Virus record (IMG/VR): IMGVR_UViG_3300049893_001613
Coordinates: 32,444 to 96,443 of that record
Reading direction: 5' to 3' (one strand)
Origin: a virus
Length of the DNA stretch: 64,000 nt
Position 1 is the first letter of the stretch. Each line of letters starts with the position of its first letter. Below are positions 41,301 through 47,802 of the stretch, piece by piece. The position numbers were made by a program, and so were the translations under genes. A model generated the notes under the pieces. It was not told the DNA's origin and ran no database searches. It was given only the letters and a program-made list of their open reading frames with translations.

Positions 41301-42419
41301 GATGTTGGAAGAAGAGAAAAGAAGACTAAAGCCGGTCGTATCTTGACATACTTCAACCCGGTTGATTCTAACCGTCCTGTATCTGACCTTGGTGTTGATA
41401 CTAACTGGATGAGAACTATCTGGAGTGGTGTAACACGTACTGGTGGTACAAGTATAGAATTCTACCTTGGCGCCAAGTCTATTGGGGCTGTGTTTAACAG
41501 GTTCAAAGCTATTAACCCTGAAGGTAAAGAAGTTGGATTGTATGATGCCCTGGAGATTACTCCTGAAGGTAAAGTATCACTTGCAAAAGGATACAAGTTC
41601 CGTGGTAAGGATTCAATAAGCTCAGCTGATATTAACGAGGTGCGTAACTACGTGCTCCGTACATACCAGATGATGAACGGTATCTACAACACAATTGACA
41701 AACCAGCAGCAAATGCTTATGCATTAGGTCGTCTGGTTGGGTTCATGCGTAACTGGTTAGTCCCTGGTATTCAAGCCAGATGGAAGACTAAACACTTTGA
41801 CGAGCGTTTAAACCAGGAGAATGAAGGTCATTACCTTTCAGCAGTAGTAGCATTCAATAACATCTTTGGTAAAAACGGGTTCTTAAAGGGGTCAATCGAT
41901 GCTCTTCGTATTCTGACATGGTTTGGAGTACATGATGAGAAGTTATTATTACTTCCTGAAGAGCTTGAACTTGATGAAGAGAAACAACAGGAGATTATCA
42001 ATTTACGTAAAGCTAACATCAGAAAAACATTGTTTGAACTGTGGGCCATTATAGGCATAACAATCCTTATGGGCACCGCGTGGGACGATGATGACGATAG
42101 CTACATAAAGTACATGCTAGCTCGTGTGAAGCGTGAATTAAGTACATTCTACTCACCACAAACTGGTTGGGAAGTACTACGTTCTCCTTCAGTAGCTCTT
42201 AACTTCCTTGACGGTATCGCTAAGATACAGAGAGACGTAGTTGAATCTACAGGATCGTTTATAACTGGTGATGAACAACCACGCTACCAACAAGGACCTC
42301 ATAAAGGTGAACTTAAGCTTGTAGCTGACCTCAAGAGTCAATTTGGTCTTAACTTCGATGCTCAGTTTGAAGCTTTGGGAACAAAGACAAGATTGATACA
42401 ACGAGGAGGATACAAATAA
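26337..42419 (+). CDS. giant virion polyprotein containing the crAss-type virion RNA polymerase and two zincin metallopeptidase motifs
   Basis: 5360 aa. YRIPT...S and DFDVDK catalytic loop (36795-36812, aa ~3487). FKR...TPG and TDAQ motifs. HEAMH (30312) and HELNH (39171). Hydrophobic membrane-like segments near both ends. Confidence 0.85.
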   Translation: MAKKTPLTDLGFDQLGKVKPLAPLGTTPDPLGFDTQVNSPSPYEGPTPSEQYTPGYIAETSLKDHIAANQDGWDQFANFFEQTGVGALAGTIETASYMADFEQHWNWLKGEETEYKNWLGEGMKKIVEENKELFPIYLSEKNEGFEPSSAEWWAHHGGSGLGTVLGLLVPGLGVAKLGKLAGMGKTGQAISATVASRTAESTMEANQVFEESYKTLLDRGIDTETAKQLAGKAATTTWNTNWLFALQDFAQFNTILKGAKVSAKGAKGLGIKQFLGQSAWEGAEEAGQYTVQQEAKRLALESDADYFGAGFNKRLADYVDDDEFLTSTLLGAAGGGLFHVAGKAAEAVTEVQQGDYIPRIKEKIFNTVKRGLQKVRANTVDDTGTSQTISNVELANMYVDRLNKGKLNNYTEELEELKKKTETDSDVKRTIDEHIEDVEFLKTEEARLKNSPIPAEFHKHILTTTLEQRQKSRLQKQLSNELQALEQDLLREDQLTPELQQLKKLQISAAGYAKLAQTNPKFVPVAEQMTKAFEQAKQDFKAGNVLGAIADLDKVLLTNRDAALFEKAFQLISTQEQQKDLKDELAKVTTPEGLAQIAKERAEKKINAESQAVLNNPKATKEEILQAAANTTDEALKVELAKKHQALVDADKAANEAKTKALVDEGAPEAPEERLPDEIPFDFDPNFEVVPEVEDAPLPDEIPFAGGLSPEQAQKWGGLSPEQVTTMLSQLNTEQQEAKPVPTDQQGEKDIKASEARRDQSTVGTISMDHLGDEAQTPQKYHHVNGQVGTAEDVFAVEPMTGQLLVNTPVIQPGMTVTLKVENEFPWTQRAGFVPNSVDNYTINVYMEGVSQPLTQLRNVDNKKLNEPAKVEEQDNNRALRNRIIAAGGTLQTTITGKNLGSIRVSDRKNSVEIFQSDFVETPEGWSFQNTGHNPAFGFIDFNGLIEVPNLRSMAGMSSATADRIEAAVLELSKNTAQLSKMRGKIITFRTGPDGTMRIIGLEPNKLNENEVNWLIQNLPGLISSKNYTDLDSVVYMPKHAPGVYSANKGLPDVLTLDRRRIHLVNTTKTKADVLLPLTGEAGKKIWVILDSPQLKPMLSGQPFGFRIMTPDGNKTAVMLNHPAGPKIAEQFKKLLSNQFKNINKKNLNSEIVYTDPTDPNATPSNSYYEYLVKTGSLYTNLPGSKTLGNGKDSSYSFNQVSLYLDPNPADEVAKVDHSGETTIIHDVKPAPIPTPTETPTPKKRGSALDEIYGEGKLRAVVGNHKFETITEKELQWFKETYGEEFLTIAKNIDKIVTEGGVEAFGMYYNAMVTLAEKGETGSLAHEAMHLVLDPMTGVVSAKEREDILNAAAKAYGIERSYDTLQPKLRVTDSYAGPIAPLATEEAGETKAPKDYIDYFKKRYNLAKTKYGGPRTAKQKEKHKDRLDTFASRLRSGYVNRKFINQRAEAPKFAEIDKAGEIIPITLRFLENIKKNKNHSTSLERPFSFKDATPKENEVLKEFYDALKAEIELKFKSENKPVPKNISNDRLVDKLDEWLQKNYSIQAYPVPTTHQPYGLYSIISGHPKVEGGEVFISDGLHFPQLNTGHAKQLTDKTYSNTLGWYINAKINDSTFLYEFQSDILPEIAEGNFTFVRRVQTPEDQETGEIEFISSLPSKLSYDHLKFTRTASEAEVKNKIADVVEDYVDTWMESTADDLLHAEKHMRGDSSASRQPTPDAEIDRLIENANKPSLALTAAYIGHKKKTGIIKKLVNDYEKSNEANPQEFFNKLEKVLAQSIKPILELAEFQSPKSFFVSEADDVSAHIKVETASGRKYYLNSIKRVLDDIVTTNTTRRSRPGRRPAQQEPVKVPKTLKELFKMQKENKERLLKMAHSAVLRNKATETKAALQSEIGEYYEVRREKIKNYFKELLFEEGAPYQDYISEVVEYNTKQVMRELTGDDTKYKVGEDLAKLQTTYEHWYKVMFDKFIRVALYRAKQEGLKEVYLPTYASMTAIEGSKQTGRIYTTPFEDRDVAAQQKIDKTGQFEVDDINYVRLRPEDRTSPIDLSDDAWPGELEAGLEEAERRKAEGTKYYKGSEQISEEEYKAAAEKFVKSRRVGPFYAALSKIKGVKIQGLETPDWSKEPLLKVNLEEYNPVNLERFRTVTPDYSNLTNDAKIEEMLAEEFRNYWLSDGKIKPTEPKVKGFFARLMNFIKKLLGFKGPIEKLFYQVANTPLSQEQRLAIQNKAKGMVDPQDPKFRKLPGFKYIKQQQETIQAFSSEVIKVAHELSRKEEVYLGDFLTNKTNIQNVFEAVKANFQEDLERIKKLTEWTSEEEARYYSYLAAGIGSPLEGDDMYVGQYEDTTTVTGFPEDGFKSKVLKDLARYGFKVKLSDGTDYENNQEEDEQTAELENSIDESGEGEFLYAVDKSLINPSKSMSQRMKMFLALIPEPLTNEKGEYVGDKKTVFGTTKFLDFRKVDGNLTLKLRDSINPLTRLTNLAKNDPIARVVLNALMEEKNKGNKQLFNEFVAKYNRDGYYKKTVLYGTKLVNLKPSEIDPAMPNVRTRLELFAKTIDSDRASSDRVLHNRWREEGIRKKVTDTDGTVNQTKADGLLKRFNDFKAKYVAAQNKKSPLTFEETKAEFESLLGELGVTLHPNLWKEFDAIVNPGLKRKKLAELFFGLRSRTLEQLLENTAKGNDPYEGSTVLTTLSRMSSVYMEDSRGGAYRNDSGKQENPINWPSALTELINQVKNNNQSVFEYFTDDDFYKGNQFLNVVKANPDKIDLTFSSVSKRNNEDPKDFENRRKIDSIIMRLTTFYNNGGNEALIFTGTPETSTKQPILSLPKYKGTKDARDFLFTVLKNTMNSEITRIQKIKAFAGEDPLLANIKNYGKATKFVYIPGLNSIPNLVESLANGEVSPEQKAEALNSANAEINRFIDDHFMRFKNWLLANDVIEQSVKGVVTSNRIPEGLLDNREVETFLQEFYFNDLAWRMSVSQVLMGDKALYSDDDNYFKRAKHIVTPGIKGYSETPVTISIGVYPKQMKINTPEYLSELAKWVEDKGLIKAYEEINKTDAQSLADIDTYRIMADSIGQWSPDHERVYKIAWSKGITIRKATKELVKLNLITEEEGRDLMKTASRILLQPLKPSRARYRKHRLPDGKVIIIKEWFKDSITPITPELAVTHKGYEDLLAYMKTNQVGIMSAEDTVKVGLYGSITDLSVPMEQWQKRTISLEDIRYPQILPDKKKTKIKGTQFHKLALGNIQDKVKYKVGNTTMLGSTVKEKWNEYWLEKIQTSDKKLWTQLGVGENFELSEDPAIRKTQLYKLKLVLEQEFSSRDLNENYQDVLELIRIANDQIDFKLPISIPMFGQKFQSILSNLWRKKILAQDSPGYAAVNLADWGTGYDDELKFIQNENGEVIEAEIGLPLENLGKLGLKYGDNVLPNGRIVWDRLTEAQKQALQFILYRIPTSNKSSMIPVRVVKILPSNLNNVVMIPGELTVQQSLDFDVDKSQLLARVLTKDGSVDKDNVDTKLFDLYWGILTNPAHIEEVLTPLDSKTLTMKLNEYRNKGLIDENKGSSFASADVDIEAELKNKDAKAEIGITSRFNTGHTMLQMIKDFVSVTMGINIKVGNKYEHSNLGAMYDANGEVLISRNLAETQQAALDAANTPLLSYFNVVTGTMSSFCTMILYGIPLPVVTDFFMQPVIAEWTKFYEQEGLNADKATQRLFAEYPAIKNQYNALEEGTVKVGLTEEGLSAYLGQKIGTSTSHDARVLLEFRNIMTIASQLSKVNNVLSIDTFKDTTGIEAMEGLVQQVNDAIDPDKPVALDMRMFELDETPPVGKRLAAFYQYGVVNFLKYAGQFFPSATMPYRAVRTHFAVSMGQAGMTNKDSIKSINQFTDYFNLEHDGFLSRSLENIHPQKASYRTRWSFTDPKNTLWMHIDKMIDKYPSLKNNELIRNLETGKTYGEGVQMLGIRNTDGNTNKTEVTNGWYELLTSTNEEIRGLGHDLVRFATFTTGFEFNPRSMFELIPVSFWTESGVEAGWRNIVKAGEALQIDRDAVILNYVRHQFRTMKRFPEIYGKFTKEKGFISDLVKEATLEPGTQHITKFVLSDGYLTRGIPPRFIRAKNGATGEYHLYEQSPANNMVYAELQPAGEPYGYIEVSADGRAESRLPANRRTKASTHPWSSGPVVSKAFPLFTGTTLGENPIITQYLPEDKNHAGTTLEKLAAEETDVDTKKNIEALLRNVDKINTPVILAPLGNQLGVFEVDTRGISVIKIKPNGNVESESQMRHVLLHELNHAFSVEVLLNPVGKEQENFRTNVERLAKENNMDKFEFLAELASNKDFRAKLRKKGFWARVLRALRKLLGFTDQFDKVLDQYYDILDNAETLQAMTPGEYAMKEEKPVGRKRIDILAQALASLKSRAKLLSDKGKRTESKELHNRIKVFKELMKTKRNEAVINYILQVDDEIQKLKGAFALMAKSPDKVDPDTLYSMRQQLTSYKLLDAFADQIHLSPTSFVPEGGNSDILLKNLDDLRADVHKLNNNTRRLAIIRFASVAKKALNDPTLTLESLIDNFDRADRDVHFINRFVETGMEINDPAVKTAAKLLIDNQAEAYRKTQDDLYITSPKSQTATIVVKEKGKNNKFKWTTRKVNFTSVGMMKALSEYETWLKSKGKNINNFVDKFGPVIDIDSLEQNADGVHLISPWSPEGQRIMSIPESSPDFPLRQFYETFVMQYLKSQESIPAYSHRPGLRIPSIQRSMLEGLSREEGAGKFVLLKEAAIDKVRQRYDETDFKAVDQNGKPQEYIPVRFISKQDGQEGRLSTREVSLDLATTLPLFINESYKRQGLEALNADLELGKLVLAERRVVKTRNVAGPGLTPWLSNKKEGIPLASGEFDTIPGEQSNSYQTYDSLLKRFMYGEVKKNELDVELGGNKFSGAKMIDTLLQATGIKIMFANVAIPLTNLIMGEVSMIKEIVGGNVINRKDYSAGMSFFKKIALPSLADVGRREKKTKAGRILTYFNPVDSNRPVSDLGVDTNWMRTIWSGVTRTGGTSIEFYLGAKSIGAVFNRFKAINPEGKEVGLYDALEITPEGKVSLAKGYKFRGKDSISSADINEVRNYVLRTYQMMNGIYNTIDKPAANAYALGRLVGFMRNWLVPGIQARWKTKHFDERLNQENEGHYLSAVVAFNNIFGKNGFLKGSIDALRILTWFGVHDEKLLLLPEELELDEEKQQEIINLRKANIRKTLFELWAIIGITILMGTAWDDDDDSYIKYMLARVKRELSTFYSPQTGWEVLRSPSVALNFLDGIAKIQRDVVESTGSFITGDEQPRYQQGPHKGELKLVADLKSQFGLNFDAQFEALGTKTRLIQRGGYK

Positions 42420-42461
42420 AAAAAAATACCTTAGAAGCCGTGAAGCCTCTAAGGTATTTTA
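42420..42461. terminator. bidirectional terminator at the convergence of the virion and replication blocks
   Basis: 13-bp stem AAAATACCTTAGA/TCTAAGGTATTTT, flanked by an A-run on the left and a T-run on the right, between two converging stop codons. Confidence 0.85.
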
Positions 42462-43145
42462 CTACAATTCAAAATAGGTACCATGTGACGTGAGTCCAAG
42501 ATCGAATTTCCGGTCTGTGACTGCTGTTGCATTAATGAAGAGTGTTTGTACACCTTCAATTTTACGCGTGCCGACATTGATACAGTCTTCAAAGTTGTGG
42601 ATGTGCCCAAAGATATGGACACGTGGTTGTTTTTCAAGTACATGATTTAAAAGGGCTTTATCACCACAATATTCCAGCTCATCTCCCCGGTTACGGGTTA
42701 AATCCAGAACACCTTTAGGAGGACCATGGGTTACCAGGATATCAAGCTCATCAGGGATCTCATCCCAATAAGGGTCAAGCTTGCTTCTACTGACATTATA
42801 AGCCCAGCCTACTCCAAAAGAAGGAGTATAAGGACTTCCAAAGATCTTTAAACCACCAACTTCCTGCGTTTCATGGTGCAAAAAGGTAATGGTTTCATAC
42901 TTCCTGGGGTCTACTAATCCTGCTTCAATTGATGTGTCGTGGTTTCCAGCAATCAGTACTTTGTACTTAACGGGTAACATGTTGTACCAAACAAGGAAGT
43001 TCAATGCTTCGATTGAGTTTCTCGCTGGATTAGAATAGTTACCAAAGTCACCCCCATGGATAATCATGTCAAGCTCTTTTGGTAGTTTGAGCATTCCATG
43101 AAATCCATGAGTGTCACTTATCGCGAGAATTCTTAGCTTTCCCAT
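42462..43145 (-). CDS. calcineurin-like metallophosphoesterase (MPPED/239FB-like)
   Basis: ISDTH, IHGGD, IAGNHD, LVTHGPP, FGHIH motifs. Confidence 0.9.
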   Translation of the reverse strand: MGKLRILAISDTHGFHGMLKLPKELDMIIHGGDFGNYSNPARNSIEALNFLVWYNMLPVKYKVLIAGNHDTSIEAGLVDPRKYETITFLHHETQEVGGLKIFGSPYTPSFGVGWAYNVSRSKLDPYWDEIPDELDILVTHGPPKGVLDLTRNRGDELEYCGDKALLNHVLEKQPRVHIFGHIHNFEDCINVGTRKIEGVQTLFINATAVTDRKFDLGLTSHGTYFEL

Positions 43146-43575
43146 TATATTTAATATTGTTTGAAGAATAATTTTCTTTTAAGTATGTTATGGCTTTTAA
43201 TAAAAGTAATTCATTGTCTTGAAAATAACCAAGCGCAAAATTACAAGTTGTACACAACAACCCACGGACTAACATAGTATCATGACAATGATCTACAGCA
43301 AGCTTTTTTCCATTTTCACTAGCTGTTTTTCCACAAATTGCACACTGACCATTCTGATAAGTGTGTACATTATCGTACTGTACAGGAGTTAGTCCCGTAT
43401 TATATTTAGTCATAATTGACTTGCGTCTCGATGGATTACGTTTAGCCCAAGCTGAACACTGAACTATATTACATTTTTTGCAATCAGGTCGATGTCTATC
43501 TGGTTTTTGTTTATCATTATAAAATTCAGTGATCGGTTTTTCTACCCCACATTTAGTACAAATCTTTGTTTCCAT
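43114..43575 (-). CDS. endonuclease VII-family HNH homing endonuclease
   Basis: Likely start METKICTKC at 43575. Contains QNGQCAIC, LAVDHCH and VRGLLC..CN. Confidence 0.85.
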   Translation of the reverse strand: METKICTKCGVEKPITEFYNDKQKPDRHRPDCKKCNIVQCSAWAKRNPSRRKSIMTKYNTGLTPVQYDNVHTYQNGQCAICGKTASENGKKLAVDHCHDTMLVRGLLCTTCNFALGYFQDNELLLLKAITYLKENYSSNNIKYNGKAKNSRDK

Positions 43576-43589
43576 GAAAATCATTTTAT

Positions 43590-43625
43590 CAAAGATACGC
43601 ATTAAAGTTGAAATAGAAAAACTTT
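43590..43625 (-). promoter_or_regulatory. Bacteroidota -7 promoter box upstream of the EndoVII gene
   Basis: TATCTTTG on the - strand at 43597-43590 is an exact TAnnTTTG match, 15 nt upstream of the ATG at 43575. Confidence 0.55.
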
Positions 43626-43641
43626 TTCACTAAATTATTTT

Positions 43642-45159
43642 TCAAGCTGTTTGTAATTCATATTTACTTAATCTTTCCCGTATCTCAGCAAGAGTAGTAG
43701 TCTTAATCATACGACCATCTTTGAATACAGTTTGTAGAGCTCCATGAGCTTCTTGATCAGGTGTACACTGGTCCAGTAAAGTGTAAGTATGTGAACCGTC
43801 TGCAACTGTAGTAGGCAGAACACATAGTAATCCTTTAGCTGACTTCTTGGTACCATCATCAGTAACGGGATCTTTCCAGATCTCTCTGGCTTCAGTATAA
43901 ACCATTGGGGGTTTAGCTGACATCTTGTTTTCAATCTTCACTTCACCATAAGTTGCTTTCATTGCAAAGCCAAAAGTATCACGAGTATTATATTGGTAAG
44001 TAAAACTACCAATGCCAAGCACCACATTAGTGCTGGCAAAGCCCTTTGCCTGTAATCTCTTACATATTTGTTCAGCACGGTCAAGAGTAATACTATCGCC
44101 ATAAATTGCTCCAATATGACTATCCAATAACTTATATTCTTTTCCATCATTTCCTGTTACATATGTTCCTCCAAATATTTCCCAAAGAAGTTCTATAACA
44201 CCATAATAATCTGGTGTATGTTTCATGCCTTCATAATGAGGGCCTAATTTACCACAAATAATATCAACAGGATTACCAGAATCCGGACGAATAACTAACT
44301 TACCCTCTCTAGCCATGATTTTAGATTTCAAAGCTGGTAGAATTACAGTTATTACTTTCCATAAATCCCAAGTGTCAGACACAACAGATAGAATTCCAGT
44401 CGGGTAGAGTGACAGTAGCCGCTTAAACGTCTCAATCTCGCTATCTTTAGTGCCCATACACATAACGGAATGCTCCGTGGCAGGTACCGAAGCACCAATG
44501 AGATCACTACCACTATATGAATGCTCAAGTTGATAGATGGCAGGGATAGTATCTGTGCCACTGAAAGATAACAGATGGCCCATGCCACTGAGAATAGCAG
44601 ACTCAACAGAAGACATACCTCGCATAGAAAAGTCATGGCCTTGCCATTGGACAAAGTCCGCAGACCCTGTTGTTTCCAGTGCATATTTCGTGAGTAGTTT
44701 CTTGTATTCATAAGCTATTGTTGCTGAAGTCATAGGTTGCCATAACATACAGCTTAAAAGGGTTTCAAGATAGTTTACTAACCAGGCAAAGTCTGGGTGA
44801 GTGTTTGTAATTGTAAATACCGGTACACCAATAGGACATAAAGTACCTTCAGGAAGTGCTTTAATCTCAATAGGTAAGTAACCTAAGTCATGTAACGCTT
44901 CAAGGCGTTTAGTACTAATTGGGACGTGTCTCGAGTACTCAGCCATCAGCGATTCTTTTTCCTTCCAGAAGAATTCTCTGTTAAAAGAATCAATCAGGTA
45001 AGTCAGACAGAAGTGCTGAATACCAAATACTACCACCTGCTTTATCTCAGGTATACGGCTCTTACGAGGCGTGAAATTCGAGTACAACTTCACCATACCA
45101 TCAGGATACATATCCTGATGATGTGGTTTATAGAAGTCTACGTATAATAGTGGATTCAT
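43642..45159 (-). CDS. nadV: nicotinamide phosphoribosyltransferase family enzyme (NadV-like; probable NARP1 Namat)
   Basis: DFYKPHH, HDFSMRG, GTDT, SVPATEHSVM, SVVSDTWD, IRPDSG, IYGDSI, TRDTFGFAMKAT, KDPVTDDGTKKSAKG motifs. Confidence 0.9.
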   Translation of the reverse strand: MNPLLYVDFYKPHHQDMYPDGMVKLYSNFTPRKSRIPEIKQVVVFGIQHFCLTYLIDSFNREFFWKEKESLMAEYSRHVPISTKRLEALHDLGYLPIEIKALPEGTLCPIGVPVFTITNTHPDFAWLVNYLETLLSCMLWQPMTSATIAYEYKKLLTKYALETTGSADFVQWQGHDFSMRGMSSVESAILSGMGHLLSFSGTDTIPAIYQLEHSYSGSDLIGASVPATEHSVMCMGTKDSEIETFKRLLSLYPTGILSVVSDTWDLWKVITVILPALKSKIMAREGKLVIRPDSGNPVDIICGKLGPHYEGMKHTPDYYGVIELLWEIFGGTYVTGNDGKEYKLLDSHIGAIYGDSITLDRAEQICKRLQAKGFASTNVVLGIGSFTYQYNTRDTFGFAMKATYGEVKIENKMSAKPPMVYTEAREIWKDPVTDDGTKKSAKGLLCVLPTTVADGSHTYTLLDQCTPDQEAHGALQTVFKDGRMIKTTTLAEIRERLSKYELQTA

Positions 45160-45161
45160 AG

Positions 45162-46253
45162 TTAAAATGCGTAATCGCGGAAGTTAGCGTGATAATTTAC
45201 TCTGTTCTCAAGACGGAACGTTCTTTCAATATCAGCACGTTTACCATCAAGTATACCATTATTCTTAACAGTAATTTCATTACCGTTGACAGCTGTGATT
45301 TCACCCTGATTCTTGTGGTCGAAGTACAGATTATGACCGATCTTATCAGCATCATCAGTATCCTCATCCAGTATCCACGGTGGTTGAATTTCTACAGAGA
45401 AGTCAAACACGTCACTAGGATTTTTACCATCAGTGCGGTTTAACCAGTATACATCGAATCTGCGTTCTTTCTTTGTAACGTTGAAGATGTCTTCAAACTC
45501 AGAAGGATTCTCATTATGGATATTAACTTCATTGATTACAGCTTTAACAATATCAACAGTAATGATGTTTAACTGTGCAATGAACTTAACTACTTCAGAT
45601 TTGAATTCTTTGTTTACAAGGAGGTCATCTACAATCTCAATGATGGCATTTAACGACAAGTCACCAAACTGTTTGATATAACGTAATCTACTGGGTCTTT
45701 CCAGCATGTTAGCGTTAACTCTTGGCTTGTTGGTTGTCAAGATAAACAATCTTCTGTGTTGTTTGTTAGATGTACCATCCATTAAACTAAGGATACTACC
45801 CCCGTTTGCAATACCATCTTGATCATCCTCTTCAGATACATTATCTCCATAAACTTTTTCAAATTCATCGAAGAATACGATGCAATCCTGTTGTACGTTT
45901 TCAAGAAATCCTCCCAAACCTTTAAAAGGTCTGTCAACAAGGATAATAGGTAACCCAACCTCACCACAGATTAATTCTGCAGTTACAGTTTTACCAGTAC
46001 CTTTGATACCATTAAGAAGAATACCAATATTACCGGTTGTATTTAACCAAGTAGTGGCTACTCTTTTAACAAAGTTGGTTTCGATATCATACAGCTTGTA
46101 CCCGAATGTAAATTCATCCTGTGTACGAGCTAAGTACGTTACTCCGGTTGGAGTCATTCTTATAGAATAAACTCCTTTTCCTAATCTTTCTACTTCCTGG
46201 GAAGTTTCACTTGGGTAATATTCATTACCGCTTGTTTGCCATTTGATATTCAT
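45162..46253 (-). CDS. AAA+ ATPase
   Basis: Walker A GIKGTGKT, Walker B VFFDEFEK, LTTN sensor, RPSR arginine finger; likely start MNIKWQ at 46253. Confidence 0.85.
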   Translation of the reverse strand: MNIKWQTSGNEYYPSETSQEVERLGKGVYSIRMTPTGVTYLARTQDEFTFGYKLYDIETNFVKRVATTWLNTTGNIGILLNGIKGTGKTVTAELICGEVGLPIILVDRPFKGLGGFLENVQQDCIVFFDEFEKVYGDNVSEEDDQDGIANGGSILSLMDGTSNKQHRRLFILTTNKPRVNANMLERPSRLRYIKQFGDLSLNAIIEIVDDLLVNKEFKSEVVKFIAQLNIITVDIVKAVINEVNIHNENPSEFEDIFNVTKKERRFDVYWLNRTDGKNPSDVFDFSVEIQPPWILDEDTDDADKIGHNLYFDHKNQGEITAVNGNEITVKNNGILDGKRADIERTFRLENRVNYHANFRDYAF

Positions 46254-46254
46254 A

Positions 46255-46731
46255 TTAATCTTTTTTGCATGGTTCAAATGTTACGTTGTACAATAATTTA
46301 GCAATCCAGCGATTGAAGGCGTTGTTTCTACCACAGTAGATGATTTTGTCTGACACGTAGTTGTCAAAATAGTCAGAATTTGAACTCTGATCATTTTCAC
46401 AACCGGTTACATACTCAGCTCCCTGAGGAATCACAAACAGATGTGAAGCGTTTTCAAACAGCAAACTCTTTCTTGGAATACGGGAATGAAATCCTTGATT
46501 GATTTCTACGTAATCCTTGTCGTAAGTGCTATTTCTAGTATACTCTACAGCATCAAGAGCTCTGCGTTTAAATGAAGGTTCATCTTCTATTTTGTACTTG
46601 CTGTATCTGTGTCCTGTGTGTTGAGATTGGGCTCTTTTAAAAAAGTTGTTGTCATCAAGTGCCTTATAACAAGGCGTGTTTTCCTTTGCAGTAGCGATTG
46701 CAAACTGCTTTTCTGGAATAAATAAGCACAT
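46255..46731 (-). CDS. hypothetical phage protein (MCL...GFHS...IP.G..Y family)
   Basis: MCL start, INQGFHS, FVIPQGAEY and YVSDKI motifs typical of small Bacteroidota-phage proteins. Confidence 0.6.
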   Translation of the reverse strand: MCLFIPEKQFAIATAKENTPCYKALDDNNFFKRAQSQHTGHRYSKYKIEDEPSFKRRALDAVEYTRNSTYDKDYVEINQGFHSRIPRKSLLFENASHLFVIPQGAEYVTGCENDQSSNSDYFDNYVSDKIIYCGRNNAFNRWIAKLLYNVTFEPCKKD

Positions 46732-46736
46732 AATTT

Positions 46737-47273
46737 TTATTTTGTTTTTGGTTCATAAATTACGACTGTAACTTTACAGTCAATTAGTTCACTTTGGATG
46801 ATATCCTTTACTCTGTCCCAATCACCTCCTGCAAGGCCACACCCTATCTGGGGTAACCCGATGTGTTTGCCTTTAAAGATGTGGTTCATTTTTCTCAGGC
46901 ATAGAGTAAGAGCCTGATAATCTAATGGAGTTCTGCTTCCGTTCTGGTGATTGACACCCATACCATACTGAGTGTAAGCGTTTACAATACTTACATGGAT
47001 TTGGTTGTCAAACAACTCTTGTAAGTTTGAAGGACGTAGGTCCCCACCATCCCAGGTTAAATGAACTACATCAATAGTTCCAAGTTTGTTTATGTCCCCA
47101 TTGAATCTTTCATCTTCGAGAGGAAACTGATCACAACCGAATGCTTTAGCCATCTGAGGAGCTATTCCAGCTCCCATCGTGCAAAAACAATTCACTCCGT
47201 GGCATATAACATCGAAGGTACCTTGTTTGGCTAATGCAATTAAGTCTCCTTTGACTTCATTGTATGTTCCCAT
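46737..47273 (-). CDS. macrodomain protein (ADP-ribose binding/hydrolase, Poa1p/phage-type)
   Basis: KGDL, HGVNCFCTMGAGIA, NAYTQ, PQIGCGLAGGDW motifs. Confidence 0.9.
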   Translation of the reverse strand: MGTYNEVKGDLIALAKQGTFDVICHGVNCFCTMGAGIAPQMAKAFGCDQFPLEDERFNGDINKLGTIDVVHLTWDGGDLRPSNLQELFDNQIHVSIVNAYTQYGMGVNHQNGSRTPLDYQALTLCLRKMNHIFKGKHIGLPQIGCGLAGGDWDRVKDIIQSELIDCKVTVVIYEPKTK

Positions 47274-47785
47274 ATTTCTTTTATTTTAGTTAAAAATTGT
47301 TCTTTTGAATAATCAAGTTTCATAGTGTTACATTGTGTACAACAAGGAACAATATTAGTAATTACATATCCTTTAGTAGAATCAATCCTATCAAGACCCA
47401 CTCCATCTATAGCTGTATTACAGTAATGGCAGTTAGTGTGATAAAATGATTGAAATTGTTCTTCAGTTAACTCCCAAGGAATATTACGTTTAGCGGCACT
47501 TCTAATGTACGACTGTAAGCGCCCTTTAAAAGACTGTCTCCAAGCCTTATGATTACTTAAAACTTGTTGTTTATTTTCTAAATAATATTGTTTTTTATTT
47601 AAACGAACTTCTTCTAGGTGAGCTTTTCTATAAGCTTTACGAGTCTCATTGTATTTAGATTCGCGCTTGGTGTTGTCTAATTTTTGGCAGCACTTACACC
47701 ATGAACGTAGTCCGTCTTGCTTACGACTATCTTTATAAAACTCATCTTCTGGTTTTTCCTGTCTACATTTGGTACAAATTTTCAT
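47240..47785 (-). CDS. HNH homing endonuclease
   Basis: KICTKC N-terminal Zn motif; CHYC....GLDRIDSTKGY...NIVPCC..CN.MK. Confidence 0.85.
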   Translation of the reverse strand: MKICTKCRQEKPEDEFYKDSRKQDGLRSWCKCCQKLDNTKRESKYNETRKAYRKAHLEEVRLNKKQYYLENKQQVLSNHKAWRQSFKGRLQSYIRSAAKRNIPWELTEEQFQSFYHTNCHYCNTAIDGVGLDRIDSTKGYVITNIVPCCTQCNTMKLDYSKEQFLTKIKEIWEHTMKSKET

Positions 47786-47802
47786 AAAACGTATATTTTA
47801 CA

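Noticed and set aside
596-42401. Many 60-190 aa antisense and alternate-frame ORFs in the track (for example 3010..3576, 36647..37180)
   Set aside because: They lie inside long, well-supported genes and lack motifs; they are shadow ORFs caused by codon bias.
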